The notes under the pieces were generated by a model. The model was not told the origin of the DNA, searched no databases, and worked only from the letters and a program-made list of their open reading frames with translations. A stretch of DNA of 64,000 bases from Stegostoma tigrinum (Eukaryota): NCBI RefSeq assembly GCF_030684315.1, contig NC_081354.1, positions 128,999,314-129,063,313 of the forward strand, in the 5' to 3' direction. Positions 62,418 through 64,000 of this stretch are shown here, in pieces. The stretch's first letter is position 1; each line of letters begins with the position of its first letter. Both the position numbers and the translations under genes were made by a program.

Positions 62418-62829
62418 GTCCCCTAAAATTCAACGGCTTAATGAATTCTCGGTGTTTGATCGTTTCTGCAGCCAAGAGTGGGTTTTTTTGCCACTTAGTT
62501 TATTTTCCGTTAGTCTCCACAAAAAAAGGTAGACACTTTCTGATCAACCTGTTCAGGGACGTTGTTGTACACACCTGGAACAAGTGGGCCTTGAACCGAG
62601 ATACCTTGGTTCACAGGTAGGGGTGTACCACTCCAACACAAAACCCTTTACAATTTGTTCTTTTCTTAAATTTTCCACAACTTTTATAGTTCTTTAATGT
62701 AAGTTGTTGTACTTTATCTGCATATATATGGACCGTGGCTGGTAGCTAAGCATTTTTCTCAGCATCTCCTAAGTTGCCAAACTGCCTGCTGAAATTTAAA
62801 TATTTGTTAGCTTTCAGATTCTTTAATGT

Positions 62830-63872
62830 GGGACCATAGTGGCAATGTCAGTGGATGGCCATCCAGAACATCAGCCTACGTCTAGATGACATCGGGGTTT
62901 GACTCCTACCATGACAGATGCTAATATCTGAATTCAATAAATAAAACTGGATTTAAAACTAGTTTAGTAATAAAGAACAAAGAACAAAGAAAATTACAGC
63001 ACAGGAACAGGCCCTTCGGCCCTCCAAGCCTGAACCAATCCAGATCCTCTATCTCAACCTGTCACCTATTTTCCAAGGATCTGTGTCCCTCTGCCCCCTG
63101 CCCATTCGTGTAGCTGTATAGATACATCTTAAATGACGCTATTGTGCCCATCTTTACCACCTCCGCTGGCAAAGCATTCGAGCACCCACCACCCTCTGTG
63201 TAAAGAACTTTCCACGCATACCTCCTTTGAACTTATCCCCTCTCACCTTGAAATCATGACCTTGAGTAATTGAATCCCCCACTCTGGGAAAAAGCTTCTT
63301 GCTATCCACCCTGTCTACACCTGTCATGATTTTGTAGACCTCAATCAGGTCCCCCCTCAACCTTTGTCTTTCTAATGCAAATAATCCTAATCTACTCAAC
63401 CTCTCTTCATAGCTAGTGCCCTCCATACCAGGCAACATCCTGGTGAACCTCCTCTGCACCCTCTCCAAAGCATCCACATCCTTTTGGTTGTGTGGTGACC
63501 AGAACTATACACAGCATTCCACATGTGGTCGAACCAAAGTCCTATACAACTGTAACATAACCTGCCAACTCTTGTACTCAATACCTTGTCTGATGAATGA
63601 AAGCATGCCATATGCCTTCTTGACCAGTCTATTGACCTACATTGTCACCTTCAGGGTACAATGGACCTGAACACCCAGATATCTCTGTGCATCAATTTTC
63701 CCCAGGGCTTTTCCATTTGCCATGACTAATGACCATGACTTTCCATTGTTATCAAAAAAAGACTTGCTGGTCCAATAATACCTTCTTGGAGAAGAAAATC
63801 TGTCATCATTACCTGCTCGGACCTACATACAAGTCCAGCTGCACAGCAATGTGGTTGACTCTTAAATGCCCT
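62830..63872 (+). mobile_element. tRNA-derived SINE (same family as 30350-30635) split by a CR1 insertion
   Basis: Head at 62830-62970; body resumes at ~63721 (gaccatgac...cagcaatgtggttgactcttaaatgccc). Confidence 0.6.
62972..63720 (-). mobile_element. CR1/HER1 LINE 3' fragment with (TTCTTTG)n tail
   Basis: ALERVQRRFTRMLPGM...FFTQRVVGA in ORF 63154..63477; tail aaagaacaaagaacaaag. Confidence 0.93.
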
Positions 63873-64000
63873 AATTCACAAGCAATATTCCAGACACTAC
63901 TACCATCAACTTTGGGTATACCCTGTGTGACTGGCAAGGCAAAACTTGCAGAGGCACAGGAGGGAGTTACCTGTGAATACTCAGCATTGACTCTGGATGC

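Overview
Vertebrate genomic DNA, very likely from a shark (HE1-type V-SINE, HER1/CR1 LINEs and Penelope-like elements typical of elasmobranchs). The only host gene is ISL1 (Islet-1, LIM-homeodomain transcription factor), on the minus strand. It has six coding exons (49724 down to 40351; 28+190+257+287+168+117 = 1047 nt, 348 aa), all bounded by GT-AG, plus a CCAAT/CRE/GATA proximal promoter and a 3'UTR ending near an AATAAA at 39254-39259. Bases 1 to ~32.4 kb are dense in transposon fragments (CR1, L2-like, Rex1-like, Penelope/GIY-YIG, Gypsy, SINEs), while ~32.5-62.3 kb is TE-poor and ~29-62 kb is mostly CpG-rich, with several candidate enhancers. Three non-obvious signals stand out. (i) Penelope pseudo-LTRs carry a minimal hammerhead-ribozyme core (CUGANGA...GAAA..UH), and one copy lies sense inside ISL1 intron 5 within a perfect 31-bp inverted repeat. 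(ii) A chimeric insertion places a Penelope fragment and a tRNA-Gln-like sequence with a 3' hairpin inside a single 12-bp target-site duplication. (iii) ISL1 has splice-site peculiarities: a NAGNAG acceptor, a GAG acceptor, and no AG at the position of the mammalian Isl1-beta acceptor. Repeat boundaries were read by eye and are approximate; no searches or folding were run.
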